Position numbers and translations under genes: made by a program. A stretch of 54,446 nucleotides of DNA, counting the filler, from Catajapyx aquilonaris (Eukaryota), in NCBI GenBank assembly GCA_000934665.2. It is 3 parts of 3 records of this genome, joined end to end, with 100 filler letters (N's around TTAATTAATTAA, not from the genome) between each part and the next. Parts side by side here need not be neighbours in the genome. Positions count along the whole stretch, not along the records: positions 1 to 18,076 come from JYFJ02006784.1; 2 more parts are not named here. One strand, given 5' to 3'. How positions within the stretch are numbered: the first letter of the stretch is position 1; every line of letters begins with the position of its first letter. Shown in pieces: positions 1 to 11,900 of this stretch. Below the pieces are notes generated by a model. That model worked only from the letters and a program-made list of their open reading frames with translations. It was not told the DNA's origin and made no database searches.

Positions 1-530
1 GGGGGGGGGGAGAAGTTTTGCACTGGTGTGTGGCTCAGATGTTCCTCTGCCCAGAAATAAATAGGCGTTCAATTATCTCGTGGTGTTTTTGAGAAAATCC
101 AAACCATGTTTTGCGAAGTTAACAATGTTCAACAATGGCTCCACTGTTTACCTTTGACTTCAAAGCTTAACAAAGCCGATAAGTAGAGAGGGTATGAGGT
201 GTACTCAAAGTCTACATGTTTCATTTGCCCACAAATATTTTTTTGCAAAGATTTTTTTTGCGAAAACTGCTAAAATGTCGTAAAACAGCATTTTTGCCAA
301 TTTTTTGCTCGGTTGCTAATTATACATTCGCAATTATTTTATATCGAAAATTCAGACCTACGTAGGCAGTTGCTCCATTCCAAATTTGGTTTTTCGGTAA
401 CGTACAGGAAAATTGGTACACGCGTCCAAAGTTGAGAAAAAATGAACTTCGAGAAATAGCAGATTTGGTACACCTGCGGTTATGATTTTTTTCAGGGCAA
501 ATAAAAAATGACACTGAAAAATAGCCTGTG

Positions 531-1028
531 TTATTCGTCATCATTTCGACAGCGGTACTTGGTGTAATTTTTCCGTAATAATCGGAGACCAAGCCCTAAC
601 AACTTTTCTGGATCTGGCCTGATTTGAAATGGAACTACCCATGTACTACAGCCTGAATACAGTACGCTAATGAATGTTCTCAGCCCAAGAAGCTCCCTCT
701 CTGCCCTTGGCCACCTCACGGGCCTGTTCTCTACATGAAGCCACTTCAGAGTCACATGTGAAGGGCCACGGTAGCACAGAAGCCCTCCATCCTTACAAGC
801 CCAGTTCACAAACCAGTGCATCCTTGGCACACAGGCTAGTCTCAAGTGCTCTTGGGATGAGAATCGATGCCCCTCCAGGAAAGAGAGAAGATGATCTAAC
901 CGAGGCAACTCAGATGATAGGACACAGGCTAGTCTCAAGTGCTCTTGGAATGAGAATCGATGCCCCTCCAGGAAAGAGAGAAGATGATCTAACCGAGGCA
1001 ACTCAGATGATAGGCCAAAGGTGACTAG
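531..1028 (-). CDS. Putative downstream coding exon, possibly of the ankyrin gene; product unknown
   Basis: Acceptor ...aactggcag|CTAGTC at 1029/1028 is in frame with ORF 531-1001 (LVTFGLSSELPRLDHLLSFLEGHRF...WFVNWACKDGGLLCYRGP...). Phase 0 matches the ankyrin exon donor. Below ~595 the frame runs into AT-rich, TE-like DNA. Confidence 0.3.
   Translation of the reverse strand, partial: LVTFGLSSELPRLDHLLSFLEGHRFSFQEHLRLACVLSSELPRLDHLLSFLEGHRFSSQEHLRLACVPRMHWFVNWACKDGGLLCYRGPSHVTLKWLHVENRPVRWPRAERELLGLRTFISVLYSGCSTWVVPFQIRPDPEKLLGLGLRLLRKNYTKYRCRNDDE
829..1014. repeat. Two-copy 93-bp tandem duplication
   Basis: 829-921 and 922-1014 are identical except one base (cttgggatg vs cttggaatg). The unit is 31 codons. 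Confidence 0.95.
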
Positions 1029-1104
1029 CTGCCAGTTCTAACTTTTGTGAGTGAATGTTATGGTCAAACTTAAGAGTACATTTAGGGTTGGTTTATGAGT
1101 GATT

Positions 1105-1519
1105 TTTTTATTTTATATTTTATAGATATACCCCGTGCTAGGTCCATGGGCCCTCTTAGGGGAGTGGATTTCCACTATCGTGCAGGGATAGGATAGGGAT
1201 AATGAGGGGGGGGGGACACTGGTGCAAGTGCAATGTCATAAAGTTGGGGGTTGTGTGCAGTCCCTCAGGGGGGCCATTCGCCAAGATGAGGCCCTGGATG
1301 CGAGTCAGAAACCCCCTCTGACCCGCACCTCCTCCAGGGCAGGGAAAGGAAGGAAGCGGCTGTGGCCTATTTTATGGTACGATCCCGGAAATTTTTCCAG
1401 GGGCGACCTTGGGAAACCACAGAAAACCAAGGTCAGGATCGCCGGCCTCCGGGATTCGAACCCAGGACCTCCCGATTAGCAGTCGGACACCATATCCACT
1501 CCACCACTACTGATTCGGT
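1105..1519 (-). mobile_element. tRNA-derived SINE (GCT-anticodon head, type B tail)
   Basis: Minus strand shows box A TGGTGGAGTGG and box B GGTTCGAATCC, a body homologous to 12836-13159 and an A/T-rich tail. A degenerate TSD lies at 1088-1104 (ttggtttatgagtgatt) and 1519-1534 (ttggtcatgagcgatt). Confidence 0.85.
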
Positions 1520-2426
1520 TGGTCATGAGCGATTAATCATATGTGAATGACTTGACCTGGGATGAGTACTCTTCTTGCTTAGAAGTTTACAAGCTGGCCA
1601 TGATTTATGCAGTAGGTTACACCTAGCTGTCACATTAAAAGTTTTATGGTGATGCTGACTTTTGGAGCTTGCACTCGCATGTATTGATTGATTGATTGAG
1701 TGGACTTTTAACGGTGCGGCTATTCTGCGCCAAATATATGCTACATTGTTTTCCCATATCGATCGTTGTTTTCTGGGCATGTCAACAAAAGCAATAAATC
1801 AAGGTATCACTGCAGTTTAGCATGATTAAGGTCATACATACAACATTGTCCTAACACTTGTGTCACAGCCATGGCTCTGTCCCAGAGGAAACTGTCAGGA
1901 GCCTGTCACCTGCATGCAGACCTCGTTATGAGTAACGTACACATTCCAACAATTAGAACAAGTTGCCTGCGTAATTCATCCATCCAGAGAATGGGAGTGA
2001 TGTCACAAGAATTCAGTTGCTAGTTTAAGGACAGACATTGTTGAGCCACTGTTGCCCATTGCAACATTACCTATATTCTCCCGCTGAATAATGATACTGC
2101 TGGACTGAATATTTAACATATCCCAAATTTAATTCATACATATGTACGTAATTATGCACAACTCGAAATATTAATTTCTACGAACAAATTTACAATACCA
2201 GGAAACTCAAATTTAAAAAAAAAAAAAAAAAAGCGGACGCCATCTTACAAGGGTTCGTTACACCTCCATTCAGCCGATTCAGGCTTTGTACTGCAGTGCC
2301 TGCAAGAGAGAGAGGGAAACCTTTGTCATGTTATAACTGAACTCTGTCGAGCAATAAATTTATGTTCATTCACGAGTCTATTCTTCTGTTAGGTTAAAAC
2401 GTTAAATGGTCAGTGGACAAGCTCAC

Positions 2427-4212
2427 CTCCAGATACTGCACAACGTGTGCCTGGTTCTTCTTCCTGGCGAGGTCGAGGGCCACGAGGCCACCAGTATCCT
2501 TGGCGGAGATGCTGGCCCCCGCCTCCACCAGGAATTTGACCACTTCTAGGTGGCCTTGTTTGGCAGCATGATGTACGGGAGTGTAGTTCTGTAACGCTCC
2601 ATCATTAAGATTGGCTCCTTGGGACACTAGGTACTTTACCACGGCCACATGGCCTTCCACAGCCGCGTAGTGAAGGGGCTCATCATCGTCCACATCTTGA
2701 GCATTCACTTCCGCCCCTCCGCGGATCAATAAGTCGCAGGTGGATGGATGCCCTCTCATCGCAGCCAGGTGAAGGGGAGTGTCCTTGGCCAGTCCCACTT
2801 GGTCAACTGGCCATCCTTGCCTGATGAGATAGGCGACTATCTCATCGTGGCCTTTGAGGGCGGCCAGGTGGAGCCCGCTCCAGCGATACTCTTCTTCGAC
2901 GAAGTACACCAGCCCTGCGACTCCACCCAGCTTCTCCACCATGCCCCGCACGTCCTTCAGGCTCCCCGTTTCACAGGCCTTCAAAAACGGGTAGCTCTGA
3001 GGAAATATTGGAGGTATGACTCCTTGCACATGAACAATTAATTCTTGGCAGCTCTGCCGCATCATACGCACAGAACAGACGAACTTCGGACTCATTGCAC
3101 TCTTTAATTGCTATGGACCCTTATGTATAATTAAGAGTAAAGAGCATACTTTTGCTTGCCATTGTTAACATGAAATCTGATGGCATACAACTGGGGATTT
3201 ACAAAGTTGTTCTCTGCAACCAATGGGTGCCTTGCAGTGTAATTGAGGGGTTCTCTGCAGAGTAGGTAAGTAGGTTAAGTGGAAAAACCTACTTTACAGG
3301 CTTTTCACCTTAAAACGCAGGAAAATATTCAACTAGACCTACTGCAGAGATCTCTAAGGCCTATGTGGCAAAAAGGCTATAATCGCATTAGTCTTGCACC
3401 TGAATCTGCTCATAGTGTACGTAGATAATGCTGTAGTCTTAGTAGACTAGGTAGATGGTGATGCCACCGTCTCCACAAAACTGTTGTCCATGTGAGATCA
3501 TACAAAACAATTCAAAAGATCACCCAACATGTTTCTATAAAACCGAAGTTTGGAATTTACAGTCGAATATTGTCAAGGTCTAAGCAAGATATTTTTAAAA
3601 CCGGGCTAGTGCCCATAGGTCACGAGCAAGGGCGAGGTCAAAAATGGGGACTCTCATTCCATTTTGATACTTACAATATCCCTATGATTTCAGTAACTGT
3701 GCATCCCACATACATGCAAAAGGTGGGCTTCAGTTCTAAAAGGTATACAACAATTATTGATGATAACAGCTAAAAAAAAAAAATCATATTAAAATTACGT
3801 GTCATTTAGGCAGGTAGAAATTCGTGACCCTTGACCTCACAAACCTAATAAACCTGAAAATTCTGAAAGTTTTGCAGTAATCTCACAATGGTCAAAAATG
3901 GAACACGGAAGGGTCAGTGACCTCAACAATTTTTCGGAAGCTTGAAGAATATGATTTCCAGGTCTGATATTTTGACCCCAACAAAAAGTATGCTCTAAAA
4001 ATTCAAGTGTTCGAAAGGCATGATAGAAATTAGACACACCGGGTTCTCCCAGAAACAGTGTGGGTGATGTACTGCACAGAAACAGGGAATGGAAATGTAC
4101 TTTTCTCAGCAAACGGAAAAGTACCTAAAATATTAAAAAAAAGGGTTGTACTGACCACGTCCATCTCCTCATCACTGCCCATGCCACTCCACTTGCAGAC
4201 AGTGACGGGCAT
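2427..4212 (-). CDS. Ankyrin-repeat protein (exons 4212-4156 and 2996-2427; 3' end uncertain)
   Basis: Exon 1 MPVTVCKWSGMGSDEEMDV|gtcagt joins in phase 0 to tttcctcag|SYPFLKAC. About five ankyrin repeats follow (SGLHLAALKGH, TPLHLAAMRGH, EPLHYAAVEGH, TPVHHAAKQGH, ALDLA). The donor GAG|gtgagc at 2427/2426 implies further exons; unspliced read-through stops at 2394. Confidence 0.85.
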
Positions 4213-4897
4213 CTTCGTAGCTTTATCGTAGAGCGTGGTAAAAAACTTTGGTAAAAAGGCAGAGGAATTGTATGTGTGCTCTTCTCTCCTGAGACCGTGA
4301 TCTGAATGGAACAGGGAACAGCACCAGCGTTGCCAACCTCGCGGGAGAGCAGGATTGCCAACCTGACGCCTATAAACTACCGTACCACTAGAATTACCAT
4401 ATTTCGCCTGAATTTACCGCACATTTAAAAACATGACATTTAAAAAAAATAAACACTAGGGGAAATATTAGTAGATGCCCGTGAAAATGTCGTGTAAAAT
4501 GTGTTCCTTACACGTCCCCTGAAATATTTTCTGGCAATTTCTGCAACTGCTGACTTGTCTACTGTATTCACACGCGCCAAAAATAACTAAAGTTCGCTTC
4601 GAAACGCGCCTGCCGCATTTTTACTACTGCCCCGCCTTAATTGGGGAGGATGTACCGAGTATAATGATGTTTGTGGGGATATTAATAATAGTAAGAAGGA
4701 AGTTGCAGCTGCTATTTCAGAACTATGTATTATGCAAATACCATGGGGTTCATGCCATTTCTTTGGGAATGGCGAGGTGTGGCGGTGATGATGTAGTTAC
4801 TCGTACTTTTTTGGCTAATTTATGTAGGGTTTCTTTTGAGAATGGTGTAGTTCCTAGGGATTGGAGGGATGCTATTATAGTAGCCTACCTCTGTAGA

Positions 4898-5170
4898 GCC
4901 ACTTGCTCCGGGTCTCAACTTGATTAGAATGACCAATGATCTTACTACTGAAAATCACTACAACCTATTTAACTTTCTTGCCAACGTCCTGTGCGCATGA
5001 CAGACGGTTCAGTCTTGTGTCCTTGTATTAAAATTTAAAAAATGTCTTTTTTTTTCTTCTTTCTTCTTTCTTTTTTCTCTTGTTAATTCACTGGTTCTCC
5101 GTAATGTATCTGCCTGGCAGCTGTTTCCCCCCAAAGGCAACTATGCCCACCGGGGGAAGGGAAAAAAAAG
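4898..5170 (+). mobile_element. Short retro-insertion (5'-truncated LINE/SINE 3' end) inside the RTE fragment
   Basis: Flanked by a direct repeat, tacctctgtaga (4886-4897 and 5171-5182), and ends in an A-run. Confidence 0.75.
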
Positions 5171-5614
5171 TACCTCTGTAGAAGGGTAAGGGAGATGTGT
5201 GTGACTGCGAGAATTATAGTGGCATTAGTTTGTTGAGTGTACCAGGAAAAGTGTATGCAAAGGTTCTGATAGAAAGAGTTGAGAGAGTCGCACGTCAGAG
5301 AATACTGAATATTCAGAGTGGGTTTATGTCGGGTAAGAGTTGTGTAGATCAAATATTCTGTATGAGACTCGTGATAGAAAAGTATTTACCTGTAAACTAA
5401 AAGGTTTATTATGTTGCCTTTGAAGACCAAGAGCTAGACTTAGAGAAAGCATAATATGACACAGTAAGCAGGGATGGTTGTGGGAAGTTCTGAGTCTCTA
5501 TGGAGTGAAGGGCCGCCTGCTGGAGGCTGTAAAGTCATTGTATGAAGAGAGTAGAGCTTGTGTTAGAACTAGTGGGGGTTTCTCTGACTGGTTTAACATT
5601 AGTGTTGGGGTTAA

Positions 5615-5769
5615 CCCTGTAATGCCCCTTGGGTCATATCTGGCACACCATTTAGTGCAATTTGGCACTTACAGGAAATATAAAAATTGCAAAAGTTGCA
5701 AAAATTGCACTAAATGGTGTGCCAGATATGACCCAGTGGGCATTACTTAGATTAGTGGGCATTACAGGG
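5615..5769. mobile_element. piggyBac-type MITE
   Basis: TTAA on both sides (5611-5614, 5770-5773) and TIR ccctgtaatgccc.../...gggcattacaggg. Removing it restores the RT motif GVKQGCVMSP. Confidence 0.85.
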
Positions 5770-5976
5770 TTAAGCAGGGTTGTGTCATGTCTCCCTGGTT
5801 ATTTAACTTGTCGTTAGATGCATGCGTGTAAGGGAAGCAATGATTGAAGGTGTAGGAGTACATTTTGGTGATTTATGATGTCCACATGTAGTCCAACTAA
5901 TAATGACAACTTGACCACAAAAACACCCTTTTTACTTTCCAAGACGGTTTCTTCAGGTATTGTGCTCCTGTGTGTT

Positions 5977-8900
5977 CTAACCGTGCCCTATACAAAACTG
6001 GAGTGGGTCCACATCGGAATACAACAGAAAGTTTTTGAGTGTCTCAGGAATCTCCAACTGATCCAAAGTACTCCTAACCAGTTGGCCTGGATGGAGAGAT
6101 TGCGACAATGCACGCCGAATGCCTCCCCTGCACAGGTGCTTCAGGGATGGGACGGAATCTGCCAAAGAAACATAATCAGCACATTTAGAAACCGGTCTAA
6201 ATTAACACCACAGGCTAGTCCTTCATTATATTTTTCATGCTGATAGTACGTACTGCAGCTTCACTATGATGTATGAGGGATGAGGTATGATGTATGGGGG
6301 AGGCGTGGTGGTCGAGTCTGTAACAACATGGCCAGTTCAGCGAAAGGTCCTGGCCTGGATCCCCGCCCGAGAGTTCCCTTTCACCAGTGTCAGGAGGGTC
6401 TCTGACCAGCTGTAGGCGTCTGGCAACCTAACCTCCAGGGAGACTGCACATGACCCCTTTACCGACATTGCACTTGCACCTGTGTCTCTTCCCTAAAAAT
6501 CCCTATCCCTACCTCATGTCCTTTCTTTCCTGCATGGTGATTGAAGAAAATTACAGAAAATTGGAGTGAAAAATGGTGGTGTTCCACCCCCCTACAAGGG
6601 CCCATGGCCCTATCATGGGGTATTTAAAATTAAAAATAATAATAATAATGTATGAGCAATGGATTTCTAGAGCTACTAATTCATAGTTAGCTACTACTAC
6701 ATACATAAATAAGACAAAGAACTGACACAACTACTGCACAAAGACATTCTCAGGTAGAAATGTATGTGAAGCAAATTGCATGTGCAAGTAATTGAAGGAG
6801 GATCAGTTATTTCTCGCATCAAACATTGTGCATAATCTCTTTCATCCTGATCTATTGGGAAGTAATTATAGTCTTGCACTGGATCAGTAGCTCTAGAATG
6901 ACCAAAACATGCAGGGTATTATAAGTTGTAGCTGACATAACTAATACAATGTCTATGCACTGGGTTTCTTCCCTGACAGAAGTGAAATGCTCTTTCCTCC
7001 TATGTGACATATGTTCCATTCCATCTGACAGAAACATGACAGAATGAAAACATCAGGGGTACTCACATTCCTACCTAGGCAGGATGCACTGGACATCGAG
7101 GTTTCACTCAAAAGCCCAGGGCTACTATTGTTGCCCAACAATTAATGACAGTGCTGACCATGGGGATATCTGGTCTAAGGCTATCAGTCTAATCATCACG
7201 GATATAATATTAAATAATAATAATCCAGGTAGTGCTTTCACCCCGTACAGACTTCTATTATAATTCTGTGTACAGTGTATAGTACAAATGGAACCTTCCT
7301 GTGAAGTGCCCTGGTCCGAGGGCAAGGTGACTAGAAGGGGAGGTGCAATGTGCAATATCTCATGTGGTCATTTTGTGCAGTCCCCCAGGCGGTTAGTCTA
7401 GTGGAAATTCCACCCGAGACGAAGGCAGAGATGACCCCGAACTCTGCACATGAAGGCGGGGCAAAAAGGGGGGAATGCCCGGGCTTGGCATTGAACCCGG
7501 GACCCTTACATCCGTGGGTGCATACGTTACCGCAGCGCCACTCCGCCTCCCCTGCATCCTGGATATATTATCCATTGGATTATCACTATGGCCACCTATA
7601 TGAAATTAAATAAGTAAACAACAAGTTGCCCAAGTGGGTAAGCTATGCAGGGCAGCCAGACTATGGGCCTAAGTGTACACCTAAATGCCAGCATAATGCA
7701 CAGTATTCCCCTCTGCATCTGTGGTTTCAATTATCTTCAGTTTGAAAATGTTAAATAAAATTTAAAAAAAATATTTAACAAAGAAATTCCAACACAATTT
7801 TACTACATTACAGTACTGCATTGTTATAACTTTTCTAGAGGATTTCATTAGCAATTGTTTTGTTGATGTCTTGTCCAGTTGCACCATTTCCAGAAAAATG
7901 TCAGCTGACACAGGGCCAGGTAAATGACAAATTTTTGTGCAACCAATGCAACCAGATATTAATGTGTAATTTTAGAATGCAACCATGTACAGTACCACAG
8001 GTGTGAAAGTCTGTGTTTGTTTAAAAAAAGTACATAATGGAGGATTTGGTATTATCTGCAGTTTAACCTGTTGATGACGGAGTTTTTGGCAGGTTTTTGT
8101 GCCTTTTTTTCTCTTTTGTCCAAAATTTGATGTAGGAGTGATATTAATGAATAACAACCTCATGCCAAAATGAATCATTTTAATTAGTGGAGGTCCTTTT
8201 TAATGTCAAATGCCGAAAAAAATTCAACTACAGGGTGTTCCAGAAATAATTTTTTGAGAACCGTTTGGCTTGCATAGAGTCGATAGGCCTAAAAAGTCTA
8301 CATAATCAATATAAGTACCCAATACTCAATAGTATCAATACACTGTTATTATGGTTGCATCATAATACCACAACACTGTACTATGAGAAACTCCTAAGTG
8401 TCCAGACTTGACGGTTACCCTGTACTCAGGGCATTTTTTTTACATGAAACATGACAGCAGCCGCGTGGCCTTGTCATGTTCGACTCAGCTTGTCTCCCGC
8501 CCAGTGGATTGTGGGACTCTCATGGTAGTTAATCGCCATCCAGAAGTATATTGAACTGAATATGGAACCGCAAAGTTCGAATTCTCTGTGCACATTTTAG
8601 AGTGCCAAAAATGAAACATCCGCAGGCCATCATATGATGGATGTCGCCCTCAACAGGTTAAAGGATCCGAAGGTGGGTTTGGATGGGGAGAAAACCATAC
8701 ATTCCCAATGTTCCAACTTGAACTGATGTCACTTCTGTTACCAAAGTGACCATTGTTATCATCATTTCTTTAGTAATCACAACATTGTTGATGTAAGTGT
8801 GAGCATTAAATATCTGGATTACACTGGGTATAGGCTACCTGGCATACTTGGCCATACCATTCCTATAATTATAGCGTTTAACGGTATAACAGCATGAGTA

Positions 8901-11900
8901 CCCCCTAGTGAAAATCTTACCAAATTGTCAGGACTGTCAAGACGCTTCTGCATGAAACATGTTTCCACTATATGTAAGGTCTGCTCTAGACAGGTTTCAT
9001 AGTGCAAGAGTTGTAGGCAGCCACCAGGCAAACCTTTGTCACTTTTGCTTTTTTCCATGCCTGCCTAAACTTTTCATCAAGTGTTAACCATAAACCCCAA
9101 CTGTAGTAAACAAAATAAATGTTCTCACCCGTGGCTTCATGTAGATCCTCCCAGTCAGGGACCTCTTGTATCACTGCCTCCACTGCTCCTTGGAACCTCC
9201 TCATACGATCCTTGCCCAGACAATTCCCTCCTAATTCCACTGCTACACTGCGAGTGGCCTTCATGTAGGATGCAAACACCCTGCGCAGATCCTGCCTCAC
9301 CACCCTCACGCCACCACCATCATCATTGCCCAGAAGTACATCTGTCCACCTGTTAAAATTGTGCATTTGTGCTTAGCAAGTGTGGAATGCAGAGAGAGAG
9401 AGAGAGAGCTGCTATTACGAGTACCAATGTCTACATTATCTAGTTATCAATAGGCACCTGTCAAGAAGCTGCTCTGGGGTAGTCCTCGAGACTGTCAGGA
9501 GGAAGGCCAGGGTTCGGGGGTCGCTAATGCTGGCAGCAACAAGTGAATCTGGTACCCCAAAGCTGTTGCAGCTGGAAGTGTAATCTGGGTCTAGTCCTCG
9601 GCACTCCAGCAGGCGGAGGATAGACAAATGGAGGGAATCTGTAAGCCTCGTGCTGGAAAAATGACGCAAGAACAAGGACAGAGGAGGGGATACATCCAGG
9701 CGGGTTGGGTTTATCCGCATACCTGAAGTACAGATATGCATATCATTAGTGTCATATGACACACATCTATTCTAGCAAGATTCTAGTTAAAGATCATACC
9801 TGCATCCAAGTATGATTTCAGTGCATTGAGCTGTTCTTGTTGATCATGGGACCCGAGTAGAAGGGTGATGGGCATAGCATAACGATACTCTGCTACTTTA
9901 AAATTTCTTGCCTCAAACAGTGACCCGAATGGCGTCATTTCACCATTGCTCAATTGCATCATGCACACATCTGAATGAGGCAGCCCATTAATGACTTGGT
10001 AGCAGTCAGTGGACAGGTCAAATCCATTTTCAAGTATGATGGGGAGTACTTCTTGGCTGTAAATTAAAAATTGGTGTCAGGAAATTCAAGCAAGTTGGAC
10101 ATTTCTGCACATGGCAAAAAAATTACTTTCTATCATATTAAAATCCTTCGTTGTTTGTACTATCAGTCCACCAAGAATTGTCGTAGCGGCAGCGCACGAA
10201 CTACAGTTACAAGACCTTCCGTGGGGAGAAGTCAATGGAGAAGTGCTCGTAGACTGTAGTTTGTGCGCTGCCACTACGACAATTCTTGGTGGACTTGAGT
10301 ACTGTATAAGCCCTCTGATTGGTCCGCCCCCATATTGTTGTTACCGCCACGTTCTGATTGGCCCGCATTCAACACATGCGTCATCGGGTGTAAACAACAC
10401 CTCTGGTGAGTTTCCGGGGAAACTGTCCATTCCTTCTCCGTATTCTTGCCCAGTTGGCACTACTGTGACAGACACAGGACAGACATGTTCTCACTAATCG
10501 GGACATTCGAAGACTGCTGGAAGGCTAACGTTACACCCTCCCAAGGCAACAGTGCGCTGAATCAGTACCACAGGCTGCAGGCTTAGAAAAGAGCGAGCGA
10601 AGCGAGTGGTTTTATTGGCCTGCGCCCTAGAAAATTTTTGAGCGAAGCGAGGGTTTTTCTAGTGTAATATTAAAGGTAAATATGAAAATAAAATGAGACA
10701 TTATATTTGCAACATGTGAAACAAGTGCCCAGGGGGTGGATTCATCAAATGTCGTAAGTCAAATTTACGATGAAAATTTGACTTACGACATTTGACGAAT
10801 CCACCCCCTGTGTTGTCAGACCACAAGTGTCAAGTTCATATTAAAACTATAAATAACTTAAATCTCATAATCTCGATGGCAAGAATGCAACTGGTTGTTG
10901 ATTTACATGTAGAAGAATTACTGGGGGATAAATCATTTTCTTTTTCCAAATATCAATGCTTTTCCAGCTCAGGTATTTTATACCACATCCGAATTTAAAA
11001 TAGTGACTTTCATGAGAATGAGCAATCGCAACAGACAGGCATCCATTATGAGTGCAAAGAATTGGCACGAGTGAATCTACGACTTTTCACTGCTGCCCAA
11101 CTGGCTGCTGGTCAATTGGCTATGTAGTCACTTCACTGAAGTTGGACGCTTAGTTGTTTTTGGAACACCTGCAGCCAAGGGAGATGCATCCTATGTGCAT
11201 AAACAAATCAATCGAACACAAAAGCACAATTAGATCTCAGTGTTAGCTTGGGGCTCGGCAAAGTCACAATAACATTGGTCTGCAGTGCCACAAGACAGAC
11301 GGTTAATGTTGCGGATACAAAACCCACAATGAGCACACAGCATAAGCTCACAATTTACAAAAATGATCAGACAGTGCAATGGACTGTGCCCGGCAGGGCC
11401 ACAAGATAGACAACACTGGTCACCCCATAGTCACACAGATGACATCAACACAATGGGTACACAACACGAAGTGACTGCAGTGAATTGACTCACTAGCGAA
11501 TTGACCTGCAACCAGTTGTCAGGATACCAACACATATAGTCCCTTATTGATGCCATGGCTGAACTTGAAGGGCACCATTTTCCAGGGTTAAAAATATGAA
11601 TGAACTCCGAGCTAGTGAGTATACACAATTGCATGCCAATCTACCCATCTAATAGAGAAGACCCTCGGATGGGTATTGGAACTAGTACCAGCTAAAAAGA
11701 AAGTGCACTCATGGTGAAAACTATGCAGCATAGAAAAAGTCTTACATTATGCTCCCAACCTACTTTTATAGAGCTAAGGTTTTAAAAAGCAGACTCCTCA
11801 ATTTGTTGCTATGATTAGCATAGTCTGCAAAATATAATTGTCCAATATTATTTTGTTCAAGCACAATTTTCTTGTGAGTGTGTGACAGACTGACGTAATA

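Larger units (their letters stand above)
4760..5870 (+). pseudogene. Degenerate RTE-clade LINE reverse transcriptase fragment
   Basis: Translated pieces VPRDWRDAIIV, KGKGDVCDCENYSGISLLSVPGKVYAK, QSGFMSGKSCVDQIF, LWEVLSLYGV and VGVKQGCVMSPWLFN, with stops, frameshifts and nested insertions. Confidence 0.9.

Noticed and set aside
674..1024. Plus-strand 116-aa ORF with a repeated peptide
   Set aside because: It is open mainly because of the 93-bp duplication, and has no recognisable motif or splice context.
2997..3095. N-terminal 33 aa of ORF 2394-3095
   Set aside because: This lies upstream of a good acceptor and is better explained as intron; the exon at 4212-4156 joins in phase.
4573..4582. 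E2F-like TTTTGGCGCG upstream of the ankyrin gene
   Set aside because: A single short motif with unknown TSS cannot be supported.
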